A stretch of 64,000 bases of DNA from the NCBI GenBank assembly GCA_963519465.1, contig CAUQMY010000003.1, positions 69,313 to 133,312 on the forward strand. Reading direction: 5' to 3'. Each line of letters opens with the position of its first letter. Position 1 is the first letter of the stretch. Below the pieces are notes generated by a model. That model saw nothing but the letters and a program-made list of their open reading frames with translations. It was not told the origin of the DNA and searched no databases. The position numbers and the translations under genes are program-made. The stretch is from an uncultured bacterium (GTDB lineage: Bacteria > Bacillota > Clostridia > Lachnospirales > Lachnospiraceae). Of the stretch, positions 18,219-29,000 are shown piece by piece.

Positions 18219-18410
18219 TTCACTACCTCCATATTCATGATAAGTCATATACATCTCTATCCTATTATAGGATGGGGACAGATACAAAATTCCTCACTAC
18301 AATATCAAAACAATTCTTGGGGCCAGCTTACCGGATTTGGCCGCATACAAGGGATAATTCATTTATTTGATGAATACTATAGTATCAATTAATGATACAG
18401 GAGACTACCT

Positions 18411-18875
18411 ATGTCTGCAAACAGAAGAAAGCTATTGGCCTTTATCATACTTCCTCTGGCTGTTGGGGCGATCGCCGGATTTCTTACAAGAGACAGCATG
18501 ACCATGTACAATTCCTTGAACCGGCCGTCCATATCACCTCCTGGCTGGGTATTTCCATTAGTCTGGACCATTTTATACATACTTATGGGAATAAGTTCCT
18601 ATCTGATTGCCTCCTCTCCATCTCCCAAGAAACAGGAAGCCCTGATGCTATATGCAGTCCAGCTGTTCCTTAATTTTATCTGGAGTCTGGTATTCTTTGG
18701 ACTGAATAATTATTTACTGGCATTCCTTGTTCTCCTGCTTTTGTGGTATGTTATCCTCAAAATGATCCGGTCTTTCTTCCAGATCGATCCTGCTGCTGCA
18801 CTACTCCAAATCCCCTATCTCTTATGGGTCACCTTTGCCGGATTCTTAAACCTGGCCATTGCATTCTTGAATTAA
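18411..18875 (+). CDS. tspO: TspO/MBR tryptophan-rich sensory protein
   Basis: 154 aa, five TM helices. LNRPSISPPGWVFPLVWTILYILMG and the LLQIPYLLWVTFAGFLN signature. Confidence 0.85.
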   Translation: MSANRRKLLAFIILPLAVGAIAGFLTRDSMTMYNSLNRPSISPPGWVFPLVWTILYILMGISSYLIASSPSPKKQEALMLYAVQLFLNFIWSLVFFGLNNYLLAFLVLLLLWYVILKMIRSFFQIDPAAALLQIPYLLWVTFAGFLNLAIAFLN

Positions 18876-18950
18876 GGTTTTAAACTGCGCAACATTCTTT
18901 ATCAGTTCCCAATCCATAAAGCATACATCTTCTTTCATAAAACAGGAAAA

Positions 18951-19014
18951 GGGACCGGCGGAGACAACACTTTTAAAGGATAACTCCATTTAAAGTGATG
19001 TCACCGCCAGTCCC
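18951..19014. other. Long imperfect hairpin between convergent tspO and the purine permease gene (possible bidirectional terminator)
   Basis: GGGACCGGCGGAGACAACACTTTTAAA...TTTAAAGTGATGTCACCGCCAGTCCC. Arms are complementary except for a few mismatches. No clear U-run. Confidence 0.4.
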
Positions 19015-19071
19015 TTATGTTAACCTGAACTGGTTGTCCTGATAATCATCAGGCTGCCTTGATGAAATCTG

Positions 19072-20466
19072 TTAAATCAATATATATTTAAGAACAAATA
19101 AGAAAGCCATAACATACATAAGAATACTGATTTTCTTATCTTTTCTCTTTCCTGTAACAACATTGATGATTACATAGGAAATTACACCCATGGAAATACC
19201 TTCAGAAATGCTGTACATAAACGGCATAGCTATGATGGTGATGTAAGCTGGTATTGCCTCTGTAAAATCATTAAAATTGATCTTAACAATGGAGGTCAGC
19301 ATTAAGAAACCTACCACTACCAGGGCTGGTGCCGTCGCAAAGGACGGAATTGCCAAAAAGATCGGAGATAAAAACAGGGACAGACCAAACAAAATAGCTG
19401 CAACTACTGCTGTAAGACCTGTTCTTCCGCCTTCTGCCACGCCTGCTGCACTTTCAACAAAAGCAACAACTGTGGAAGTTCCAAATACTGCACCTGCGGT
19501 TGTTGCAATGGCATCTGATAACAGAGAACCTTTGACATTAGGAAGTTTTCCGTCTTTATCAAGCATGTCTGCCTTTGATGCAACTCCAATGAGTGTTCCA
19601 AGGGTATCAAATAAATCTACGAACAGGAATGCAAACATGACCACCAAAAAGTCCAGGGAAAATGCTCTGGAAAAATCCATTTTCATAAAAGTAGGTGCCA
19701 TGCTTTTAATTCCGAATCCGGAACTTAAATCTGGGAATACGCTGTACATGCCCATCTCCGGATTTGGCTGATACAAACCAGTCGCCTGGCAGATCATTCC
19801 AAGAATCCAGGTGATTAAGATTCCCCATAACATATTGCCTTTTACATTCTTAACTACAAGTACGGCTGTAACGAGAATGCCGATAATTGCCAGTAAAACA
19901 GTGATTCCAACCGTATGGAATGTTCCATCTGTCACTGAACCTTTAAAAGAATAAAAGGAAACAAGAGTGGAGCTATCCACAACGATTTTTGCATTCTGCA
20001 TTCCGATAAATGCAATAAACAGACCGATTCCTACAGAAACAGCATGCTTTAAGTTAATCGGAATGGCATTAAAGATTCCTTCTCTGACACTTGTAAGGGA
20101 AAGAACGATAAAGATGATACCTTCTAAAAATACAGCCGCCAAAGCCATCTGCCAGGTATAACCCATTTTTAATACTACCGTGTATGCAAAAAATGCATTC
20201 AGTCCCATACCTGGAGCCAGTACAAACGGATAGTTTGCAAACCACGCGATCAATAGGGTTCCAAGTAAAGATGCCAGCGCTGTGGCTGTAAATACAGCCC
20301 CGGTGTCCATGCCTGTTGCGCCTAAAATGCTGGGGTTTACCGCCAGAATATAAGCAGTTGTCATGAACGTTGTTATACCGGCTACCACCTCAGTCTTTAC
20401 ATCTGTTCGATTCTGTGATAAGTGGAATGTTTTATCTAGAAAACTTCCCCTCTCTTTTGTTGCCAT
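19072..20466 (-). CDS. NCS2-family purine permease (adenine/guanine/hypoxanthine, PbuG/PbuO-like)
   Basis: 464-aa polytopic membrane protein. AzgA-type N-terminus (FHLSQNRTDVKTEVVAGITTFMTTAYILAVNP). Co-oriented downstream of guanine deaminase. Confidence 0.85.
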   Translation of the reverse strand: MATKERGSFLDKTFHLSQNRTDVKTEVVAGITTFMTTAYILAVNPSILGATGMDTGAVFTATALASLLGTLLIAWFANYPFVLAPGMGLNAFFAYTVVLKMGYTWQMALAAVFLEGIIFIVLSLTSVREGIFNAIPINLKHAVSVGIGLFIAFIGMQNAKIVVDSSTLVSFYSFKGSVTDGTFHTVGITVLLAIIGILVTAVLVVKNVKGNMLWGILITWILGMICQATGLYQPNPEMGMYSVFPDLSSGFGIKSMAPTFMKMDFSRAFSLDFLVVMFAFLFVDLFDTLGTLIGVASKADMLDKDGKLPNVKGSLLSDAIATTAGAVFGTSTVVAFVESAAGVAEGGRTGLTAVVAAILFGLSLFLSPIFLAIPSFATAPALVVVGFLMLTSIVKINFNDFTEAIPAYITIIAMPFMYSISEGISMGVISYVIINVVTGKRKDKKISILMYVMAFLFVLKYILI

Positions 20467-20498
20467 ACTTCGTACCTCCTGACAGCCGGAACCTATCT

Positions 20499-21779
20499 CT
20501 AAAATATCCGGCTTCCTTCTGTAAATTTTCCTTTGATATGCCTGTCATCTGACAGGTAAATAAAACGCTCCAGCCTTTCTTTTAAGGTAAGGGGCTGGGG
20601 ATGAGGCAGACTGCTGTCATCCAGAATCAGAGCATCAAATTCGTAGCCTTTTAAAAAGCTTCCAACCTTTCCAAAGAACGATCCGCCGCCTAACGTACCC
20701 ATATAGAATGCCTCTTCTATCGTAACCGGCTTTAAGCTTTCATCCAAAAGGCGCCATCTTAATTTCGATACAGAAATGGCATCCGCCATGGCACGGAAGA
20801 TGGATTCCCCGCTGCCTCCTGCCACATCGGTTCCAAGTCCGATATTCATCTTCTGCTCCAGATATGTCCTTACCGGAGCGATCCCGGAAGATAAATTCGT
20901 ATTGGACTGAGGGCAATGGGCGATAAAGACTCCACGTTCCTTCATCAGTGCAATCTCCTCTTTCGGTGAATAAACACAGTGAGCCATTACCGTTTTCGCA
21001 TTTCCGCCAAACAATCCGAACTGGTCGTATGCATCTCCATAGAATTTGGACGCAGGACATAACCCTTTGACCCACTCAATCTCACTCTGGTTTTCCGATA
21101 AGTGGGACTGCACAGGAATCCGGTATTTTTTCTGCATCCTTGAAAGCCGATCCATCAGTTCATCCGTACAGGATGGAATAAATCTAGGAGTCAGAATGGG
21201 ACTGACATTTTCATATTTAGACTTCACATGATCTAACCATGCGGCCGTGTCCCGTTCAGACTCTGCTGCTCCATGTTCACAGTAATATTCCGGAGAGTTC
21301 CGGTCCATATTCACCTTTCCCACCATGGTCTTTAAGCCGGTTTCCTCCATCAGATCCATTAAAACTTCTGTGGCCGGCCTGTGTATGGTGGCAAAAATGC
21401 AGGCTCTCGTAGTAGCGCTCTTTCTCATTGTATCAGCAAAAATCTGATAGGCTTTATTTGCATATTCTAGATCTTTGTACTTGGCTTCCTCTGGAAATGT
21501 ATTGGTATTCAGCCAGTCCAAAAGCTCCAAATCCATATTAAGCCCCCGGAACGAAAACTGAGGCGCATGGATATGAAGGTCAATAAGACCGGGAATGATC
21601 ATTCTATCTCCCCAATCTGTAAGAGGAAGATCCAAAAACTGCTCTGGCAGTTCTTTAAATACCCCTTCCGACTTTCCTTCCAAACAAACCAGATACCCCT
21701 GTTCCACGGTCCGTAACAGATTCATATCCTCACTGTAGCAGATGTTTCCCTTTAAGACAAAATTTTTATCACCAGTCAT
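20499..21779 (-). CDS. guaD: Guanine deaminase (amidohydrolase superfamily)
   Basis: PGLIDLHIHAPQ metal-binding motif and HLSEN motif. Length and overall pattern fit guanine deaminase. GGAGG RBS precedes the ATG at 21779. Confidence 0.8.
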   Translation of the reverse strand: MTGDKNFVLKGNICYSEDMNLLRTVEQGYLVCLEGKSEGVFKELPEQFLDLPLTDWGDRMIIPGLIDLHIHAPQFSFRGLNMDLELLDWLNTNTFPEEAKYKDLEYANKAYQIFADTMRKSATTRACIFATIHRPATEVLMDLMEETGLKTMVGKVNMDRNSPEYYCEHGAAESERDTAAWLDHVKSKYENVSPILTPRFIPSCTDELMDRLSRMQKKYRIPVQSHLSENQSEIEWVKGLCPASKFYGDAYDQFGLFGGNAKTVMAHCVYSPKEEIALMKERGVFIAHCPQSNTNLSSGIAPVRTYLEQKMNIGLGTDVAGGSGESIFRAMADAISVSKLRWRLLDESLKPVTIEEAFYMGTLGGGSFFGKVGSFLKGYEFDALILDDSSLPHPQPLTLKERLERFIYLSDDRHIKGKFTEGSRIF

Positions 21780-21889
21780 AGAACCTCCTGTCCCGCATAC
21801 CATAAAATAAAACACGGCAGTTCACATTGCAGCGTTCCTTAAGTCCTACGCAACAAAAAACCACCGTTCTCTCTATCTCCTCTGCGCAC

Positions 21890-21920
21890 GCACCACAAAA
21901 CACAGCCCATAGGGCTGCGT
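21890..21920 (-). terminator. Terminator-like expression platform of the purine riboswitch
   Basis: CGCAGCCC-UAU-GGGCUGUG followed by UUUUG on the minus strand, about 15 nt after the aptamer. Confidence 0.6.
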
Positions 21921-21935
21921 CATAATCCATGCGAA

Positions 21936-22000
21936 AACTTATAGACAACTATTCCGGTAGCTGGTAGAAACACTCAACCAATTATGAGCATATATAAGTT
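21936..22000 (-). promoter_or_regulatory. Purine riboswitch aptamer, guanine-type (C at the specificity position)
   Basis: Minus strand AACUUAUAUAUGCUCAUAAUUGGUUGAGUGUUUCUACCAGCUACCGGAAUAGUUGUCUAUAAGUU. P1 is ACUUAUA/UAUAAGU. The J2/3 UUUCUACC is conserved and the L2/L3 loops resemble the xpt aptamer. Confidence 0.85.
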
Positions 22001-22350
22001 TCTTTGATCCTGATACTATACAAATTTTGTGACCTCTGACAGGTCGACTATAACATATTGTACAACTATTTGTCAATGCCAATTTTATTCTTGTGCACTT
22101 CACACATTTTTATAGACTTTTCAATTATATACTCATAATTATCTGTCAATAATATCAGGGAAATTTCTTTAAATAATAATAATTCATTGATTCAATCTCT
22201 GCCAGATTTTATAACCAGAAAAAGGTTTTGCTGGAATGCTCTCCTATTATTATGCTGTTTTTTTCCTCTTTTATGCCTCATACATTTCCAACAGACAGAT
22301 ATGGAAATCATCCAGCAAAATCATTTTCTTTCCTCACTTCATGAGTTTTA

Positions 22351-25300
22351 CTATCCCTTAATCATCACTTCTTTTTGAAGGGCCAGAGAATAAATGACCG
22401 CCTCTTTTACCTTTTTACCGGTCATCTGCTCCAGGGCACGGGTATAGTAATCCATCTGCACCCGGTAACGGTCCATTAGCACCTGTTCTTCTCCCTTTTT
22501 GATATGGTCAGTCTTATAATCCACCAGAACAAGACCATCCTCTTCTTCCATATAAGCATCAATGATACCCTGGATAAGAATCAGTTCATCGGAATCTCCC
22601 ACATCCATCTCTCTTGCAGGTATTCCCATGACAAACTGCTGCTCTTTTTTTAACCGTCCCTCGCGCTGAGCCTCAGAAAGGCGTTTTCCCAGCGCTGAGT
22701 TTATGAAGTTTAACAGAAGTTTCTGTGAGATTAAGGAAATACTTTCTTCATCCATTCGTTTTTCATTTCGGAATCCTTCTATGGCTTCCTCAAGGTCTTT
22801 TTCCGTTCGGACGATACCAAAATCTAAAAGTTCCAGGACACGGTGATAAGCAGTTCCCCGAAAAGCCCCTCTGGCTTTTTCTTCTGCTCCCTCCTCTTTT
22901 AAGAACAAAGGAATGGTAGGCAGAAACTCACTTTCCTCTTCATCAAGAAACTGCCCCTGTTTTTTTAACTCCGATACGGAAAGCTTGGTATGAAGTCCGA
23001 TGTCAGCCTGATGGGGATACCGGTATTCAAAAGCCGCCTTAAGTTCCCGTTCAAATACCTCATCATAAACCAGTTCCGTATCAAGAGATAAAAGACGCTC
23101 TTTTGTAAGTTTTTTCCCAGCCTGGCGTTCCACCTCCCGTCCCACAAGCTCAGAAACGGAAAGTTCCCGGACCACCACATTACCGGTATCCTGGCCCTCG
23201 TCAGACCGGATGGCTGTTTCTGAGTATTTTCCGGAAAGACTCATGAGCATCCAGTCTAAATAAGAATCTGCCGTGGATAGAATGGTAAACGGAATCTCTC
23301 CTTTTGCCCGGAACACCTCTGCGAAACGCTCCATTTTCTTTTCCAGATACCGGTCAAGTCCTGTCATCACCAGCTTTTCCTTAGCTCTGGTCATTGCTAC
23401 ATAAAGCACACGCAATTCTTCTCCCATGGCTCCCAGTTCCATTTTCCGTTTCAGGACATGCTTTTTTAAAGTAGGAGCCTTTATGCGCCGTTCCAGATCA
23501 AGATGATCGGTTCCGATTCCCAGATCCGGGTCGATCAATATTTTCCCGTAGGCATCCTGCTTATTAAATTTCTTTCCCATTCCTGCCAAAAATACGACAG
23601 GAAATTCCAGACCCTTACTCTTATGGATGCTCATAACTCGAACCGTATTCTCTTCTCCTGACAGGGAAGCCTCTCCAAAATCCGTATCATACTTTTTAAG
23701 ATTTTCGATATAACGGATAAAATGAAACAGCCCGGTATAGCTGGTTTTTTCATAAGCCGAAGCCTTTTCTACCAGCATGGCAAGATTGGCTCTGCGTACT
23801 TCTCCCGCCGGCATGGCAGAGATATAATCATAATACCCAGTCCCCTCATACAGATCATAAAGCAGTTCGTGTATGGATAGATAGGCCGCTTTCGCCCTGT
23901 AAGAAGAGATCATGTCAGCAAAATATTCAAGCTTTCCATAAAGTCCCGGATAATCAGGATCTTGTTCACTCTCGTATTCTATTAAATACTGCTGCCAGGC
24001 CCCATATAAGCCACGGTCCTGCCCTTTTTTCGATGTCTTTTTAAAAAGTGCCGTCATATGAGCCATTTCCTCATCCGTCACACCGCCGATGGGAGATCTT
24101 AACACAGCCGCCAGAGGAATATCCTGCATGGGATTATCGATGATATTCAACAGAGAAAGTATTACTTCCACCTCAATGGCAGTAAAATACCCGGTTTTTC
24201 TTTCCGCATAAGCAGGAATTCCTTCATTCATCAGCACGTTCACAAAATCCTCTGCCCAGCCGCTTAAGCTTCTTAAGAGAATCACCATATCCCCATATTC
24301 AGCAATGCGGTAGCCCCCCCTGCCATCCAGGTTCTTATCCCAGACGTAGAGCCCGGTTTCCGGATGAATCAATTCCCGGATTCTGGCTGCTATGGCTTTT
24401 GCCTCCAACTCTCTGCTGGTAAAGTCCCCGCCATCATCATCCAGCTGCTTTAATAAGTTTCCCTCTGCATGGATCATTAAAAGCTCAGACTTTTCTCCCG
24501 CACGTCCTTCAAACGGGGCATACTGGGCACCAGGATGAAGGGCCGTATCCTTAGTATATCGGATGTTACCCAGATTCTTCGTCATAATCTGATAGAACAC
24601 TTCATTGATGCTTTTAAGGACTTCCTCTCTGCTTCGGAAATTCTGATGGAGTTCGATCTTCTGGTAATTTCCTTCTTCTTTCTGATAGGATTCATATTTA
24701 TCCAGGAACAGCTGTGGTCTTGCCAGACGGAACTGATAGATGCTCTGCTTCACATCTCCTACCATAAAAACATTGGGGGTGCCAAATCTCTCCCTGGAAA
24801 CACTGTTGATCAAGGCTTCCTGTACATCATTGCTATCCTGGTATTCATCCACAAGGATTTCGATAAACTGTGCACTCAGCTCATCGGCGGCATCGGAAGG
24901 AATCCACTGATCCTCTTCCTTTTTTAAAAGAATCTCCAGAGCATAATGCTCTAAATCATTAAAATCTACTAAGTTCTTGTCCCGTTTTTTCTCCTGGTAC
25001 CTCTTTGCGTATTCTCCCGCCAGATCTAAGAGCATGGTGACTGCTTCTTTGGTCCCCTGAATATCAGAAAACACCTCGTCCGGAGATTCAAAACAGTACA
25101 GCTCTGTTAACTTTCCTATTGCTTTTTTTACCCGGTCTCTGATTCCCGTTACATAAGCTTTTTTCTCCGGGTCGATCTCTTTGCTGCGTATGGAAGCAAG
25201 GCGGTCAAAGGATACGGCTTTTAGCTGCTCATTCAGACTTTCATAATTTTCAGAGGTAAGAAGGCGGTTAAGAAGACGCAGATCGCTTGTCAGCATGGGA

Positions 25301-26043
25301 AGATATGCCTCCGGTCCGTTTTCCTCTTCACAAACCTCTGCCGCCGCCTCTACCTGACTGATAAATTCTGAAATCTGCAGGGCGGCATCGTGCATGAGGA
25401 ACTTCATCCATTCCGTCTCCATCATCTGTCCCATATCACCTGCTAAAAGCTCGTCCCTGCACCGGTTGAGCCATTCCTCCGGCCACGGATTGCTTTGAGA
25501 GAAGGTATATACCTGCATAATATAGTCTTCAATTCCGTGATCCGTCTTTCCGGTAGCATAGGTTTCCACAAACTGCTCAAAAAGAGGATCTCCTGACTCA
25601 TAGCATGCTTCTAACATCTCCTTCATCACATCTGCCCTTAAAAGGATAAGCTCTCCTTCATCACCCACACGGAAGGCAGGATCAATGTCCAGCTTGTTGT
25701 AATGTTCTCTGATAAGCCCCAGACAAAAGCTGTCAATGGTGGTGATCTGCGCATAAGGAATCATAGCCGCCTGCATCTGTAAATGGGAATTTTCCGGATT
25801 CTCAAGCAGTTTTTCATCCACGGCTTTTAACACACGTTCCCGCATCTCATCTGCCGCAGCCTTTGTGAAAGTCATGACAAGGAGCTGGTCGATCCTTACA
25901 GGGTCTTCTCCTTCCGTGATCATGCGGATAATACGCTCTACTAAAACTGCAGTTTTACCGCTTCCTGCTGCCGCCGAGACAAGCAGATTCCGGTTCCTGC
26001 TTTCAATGACTGCCTTTTGTTCATCCGTCCAGCTTATCGCCAT
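22351..26043 (-). CDS. addA: ATP-dependent helicase/nuclease subunit AddA
   Basis: 1230 aa. UvrD-type helicase motifs (AAAGSGKT, DEYQD) and C-terminal RecB-type nuclease (GIIDAY..DYKTD). Confidence 0.95.
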   Translation of the reverse strand: MAISWTDEQKAVIESRNRNLLVSAAAGSGKTAVLVERIIRMITEGEDPVRIDQLLVMTFTKAAADEMRERVLKAVDEKLLENPENSHLQMQAAMIPYAQITTIDSFCLGLIREHYNKLDIDPAFRVGDEGELILLRADVMKEMLEACYESGDPLFEQFVETYATGKTDHGIEDYIMQVYTFSQSNPWPEEWLNRCRDELLAGDMGQMMETEWMKFLMHDAALQISEFISQVEAAAEVCEEENGPEAYLPMLTSDLRLLNRLLTSENYESLNEQLKAVSFDRLASIRSKEIDPEKKAYVTGIRDRVKKAIGKLTELYCFESPDEVFSDIQGTKEAVTMLLDLAGEYAKRYQEKKRDKNLVDFNDLEHYALEILLKKEEDQWIPSDAADELSAQFIEILVDEYQDSNDVQEALINSVSRERFGTPNVFMVGDVKQSIYQFRLARPQLFLDKYESYQKEEGNYQKIELHQNFRSREEVLKSINEVFYQIMTKNLGNIRYTKDTALHPGAQYAPFEGRAGEKSELLMIHAEGNLLKQLDDDGGDFTSRELEAKAIAARIRELIHPETGLYVWDKNLDGRGGYRIAEYGDMVILLRSLSGWAEDFVNVLMNEGIPAYAERKTGYFTAIEVEVILSLLNIIDNPMQDIPLAAVLRSPIGGVTDEEMAHMTALFKKTSKKGQDRGLYGAWQQYLIEYESEQDPDYPGLYGKLEYFADMISSYRAKAAYLSIHELLYDLYEGTGYYDYISAMPAGEVRRANLAMLVEKASAYEKTSYTGLFHFIRYIENLKKYDTDFGEASLSGEENTVRVMSIHKSKGLEFPVVFLAGMGKKFNKQDAYGKILIDPDLGIGTDHLDLERRIKAPTLKKHVLKRKMELGAMGEELRVLYVAMTRAKEKLVMTGLDRYLEKKMERFAEVFRAKGEIPFTILSTADSYLDWMLMSLSGKYSETAIRSDEGQDTGNVVVRELSVSELVGREVERQAGKKLTKERLLSLDTELVYDEVFERELKAAFEYRYPHQADIGLHTKLSVSELKKQGQFLDEEESEFLPTIPLFLKEEGAEEKARGAFRGTAYHRVLELLDFGIVRTEKDLEEAIEGFRNEKRMDEESISLISQKLLLNFINSALGKRLSEAQREGRLKKEQQFVMGIPAREMDVGDSDELILIQGIIDAYMEEEDGLVLVDYKTDHIKKGEEQVLMDRYRVQMDYYTRALEQMTGKKVKEAVIYSLALQKEVMIKG

Positions 26044-29000
26044 CGTCTTCTGCCTCCTCTTCTCCTTCTATCACCGGCCAGATGTCATCGGATTTTAACG
26101 CCTTGAATTTGCGGTAGCCATACCCTTCCGTCTTTAGGTCGAACCCACAGACCGCGTGGTAGGGACAATAATCACAGGCACTCCGGTTGCCCTGTTTATA
26201 GGGACTTACATCGATCACACCGTCTAAAATCTCTCTTCCCTCTGTCTTTAATTTTTCCTGTACAAACTCCCGCAGGGCAGCAAACCGCTTTCCTCCGGCC
26301 ACAGAAGATCTGTTCTCCTGAATGATGCCATTTTTCATGGCCACCGGAATTACATCAGACTCCGTCTCGATCTCATGATCCAGATGGGATATGGCATTTA
26401 AGTCCGTATTGACCAACCCGTTCATGCGAAGCTGTTTTAACATCCTGCGGTTTATTTCCTCGTCAGTCATGTCCCCTTCTTTGTCCACAATGGGATCTCC
26501 TATGTTATAATAGAAGATTCCCGCCGGCACCACCGGTTTCTCTGGCTTTTTCCGTTCCTCCATCTCAAGGGCCGCATCCATGTAAACAACCAGCTGCAAC
26601 TGGAGTCCGTAGTACAAAGCCGTCAAGTCAAACGCAGTTCCTCCTGACTTATAATCAATGATCTTTACATAAACTGCGTCTTCATCCTCGCACAAATCCA
26701 TACGGTCGATTCTTCCTCTTAAGTGAATTGCCTCTTCTTTAGAAAGAGGAATCCGCATCGCCTTTAAATGATCCGACGCTGAGAAGGATACTTCAAATCC
26801 AACCGGAGTAAAATCTCCCTTTTTTAGCTGTTCTGTTAACGCCCACATGGTCCGGTCCGTGATGCGTTCCACCTTTCCGGCCAGATACGCATTTCTGGCA
26901 GAGCTTTTTAATATGGTGTTGCCGTAATCTTCGGTCACACAAACTACACAGTCATGAACCAGAACCTTACGTTCTTCTTCTGTCAGCTCCTTAAAGTCTT
27001 TCCCTTCCTCTTTCATTCGCTGAAAACATAAATCAATGGAATCATGGAACAGATTTCCGATATCCATGGCTGCAAGTTCATATTCCTGCCGTTCCATCAG
27101 TTCCAGACCATAATTCAAGAAATGGGCATAGGCACAGGAGGCATATTGCTCCATCCGGGTAACACTGCCGCTTATGACAGAGCCGTACAAAGCCCTTGCC
27201 GCAATTTTTCCGATGCCCTTCTGCTCATAGGTGTAAAAAGCTGCGTCTAAAAGCTTTCTTCCCTCTTCTCTGTGATGATCGGACAGAAGAAAAGCTTTAA
27301 AAAGCTCTAAAAACTTTCCATCTCCTCCGGTCAGCTTATAATCCCGCAGACCGTCAGAAAGAAAATCTCTGGCTTCTCTCATGGAAAGAGGCACCCGGTC
27401 CCTGGAAGGAATGATCTCCTGAAGCCCTGGAAACAGCTTTTTTAGTTCGCCGATCAAAGTGGAAGGACGCATGCTTTTGCCTGCGCCATCCATTGCTGAA
27501 TAAGAAAGAATAAGCTCCTGCTCCGGTTTTGTTAAAGCGAGGTAAAGATAAAATCTCTGCCGGAATCCCTCTTCCCTTGCCGTAGGAGCAAGTTCAATGG
27601 CCTGGGTTCCTAAAAACTCCCTTTCCCTGTCCGTAAATAAGCTGCTCTTTTCCTTTTTCACGGGCACGATCCCGTCATTGACTCCAACGAAAAATAAAAC
27701 TTTTACATGATCGAGCCTGGTTCTGGTAATATCTCCCACCACCACTCGGTCCACGGAAGCCGGAATAAGACCTACCTTTATCTCAGAAAAACCGGCATCT
27801 AATATCTCCGCATACTCTTTTCTGCTTACATGCTCTTCCCCTAAAAGTCCGGCCAGACGGTCAAATAAATCCATAACCAGCCCATATACCTGGCTGTATT
27901 CCTTTGCCAGGATCATCTCTCCCATTTTCTTAAATTGTTCTTCAAATGCAAGCAGCTTTTCTTCAATGCCAGTCTCCATAAGCAGGACTGTCACTGCTGC
28001 TGTCATGGATTTTACCGTAGACTCTTCTTCCCGAAACGCTTCCCGAAGACGCCTTAAGGGGGCAATGATCTGCTCCTTAAATTCATTTAATTCTTCCAGA
28101 TTAAGTTCTTTGGCTCCCCGGTACCAGCCTTCCCATGTAGAATCCCATTTTTTAAATCCCCGGATTCCCATGGCAATGACATAGTTTTCCAACCGGTCCG
28201 TCTTTTCTTTTTCCTCTTTCTTTGTGACCAACGCTGTTCTCAAATACCGGAATACGGATTCATAGGAAAAATCCTTCTGTATAATCTCAATAGCCGCCCG
28301 GATCAGCTCCACCATGGGATTCTTTAGAATGCTCTTTTTATCATCGAGGAAATAGGGAATGCCGTTTAACTGGAACTGATGGGCGATTTCATTGGCATAA
28401 CTGCCTAAGTCCCCGGTAACTACAGCCATATCCCGGTACCGAAGCCCTTGCATTCGTATGGCTTCTTCCATGGAATGGATCAGACAGGTGATTTCCTCTG
28501 TTGGATTTAAAGCTTTCACCAGACGGATCGATTCGGGCTTTTTGTGAGTCTTTCCTTTATAGCGGTATAAATTCTGTTCCAGAAAATCAAGGGAGTTGTC
28601 CTTTTCCGGCTCTGCCCTCTGAAATCGGACAGCCGGATGTTCCATAAGCAGAACGTCCTTTTCCCTGGAGGTATGCGCCTCTTCTGCCAGATCATTTAAC
28701 TTCCATATCATCTGACGGCTCATATAAAACAGCTCCTGCACTCCCATTTTACGGCTCATGTTCTCAGAAGGATCTATAGTCACGGTCACAATCACCCGTT
28801 TGCAGAAACGGAGAAACAGACTTAGAATCCGGTACTGGACAGGGGTAAATCCGGTGTAACCGTCAAGGGTGATCACACTGTTCTTTATTAGCTCTGACTG
28901 TGGCAGGACACGGCAAAATACGTCAAGAATCTCCTCTGTGGTGATGTACTTGTCCTTTATATAATCCTTAAATCCCTGATACATCACGGAAATATCCAAA

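Noticed and set aside
22077-22350. AT-rich ~270-bp gap between the riboswitch promoter and the addA stop, including the 63-aa ORF 22187..22378
   Set aside because: The ORF has no RBS and overlaps the addA 3' end. I found only weak hairpins and no repeat or RNA-family signature, so it is best treated as plain intergenic DNA.
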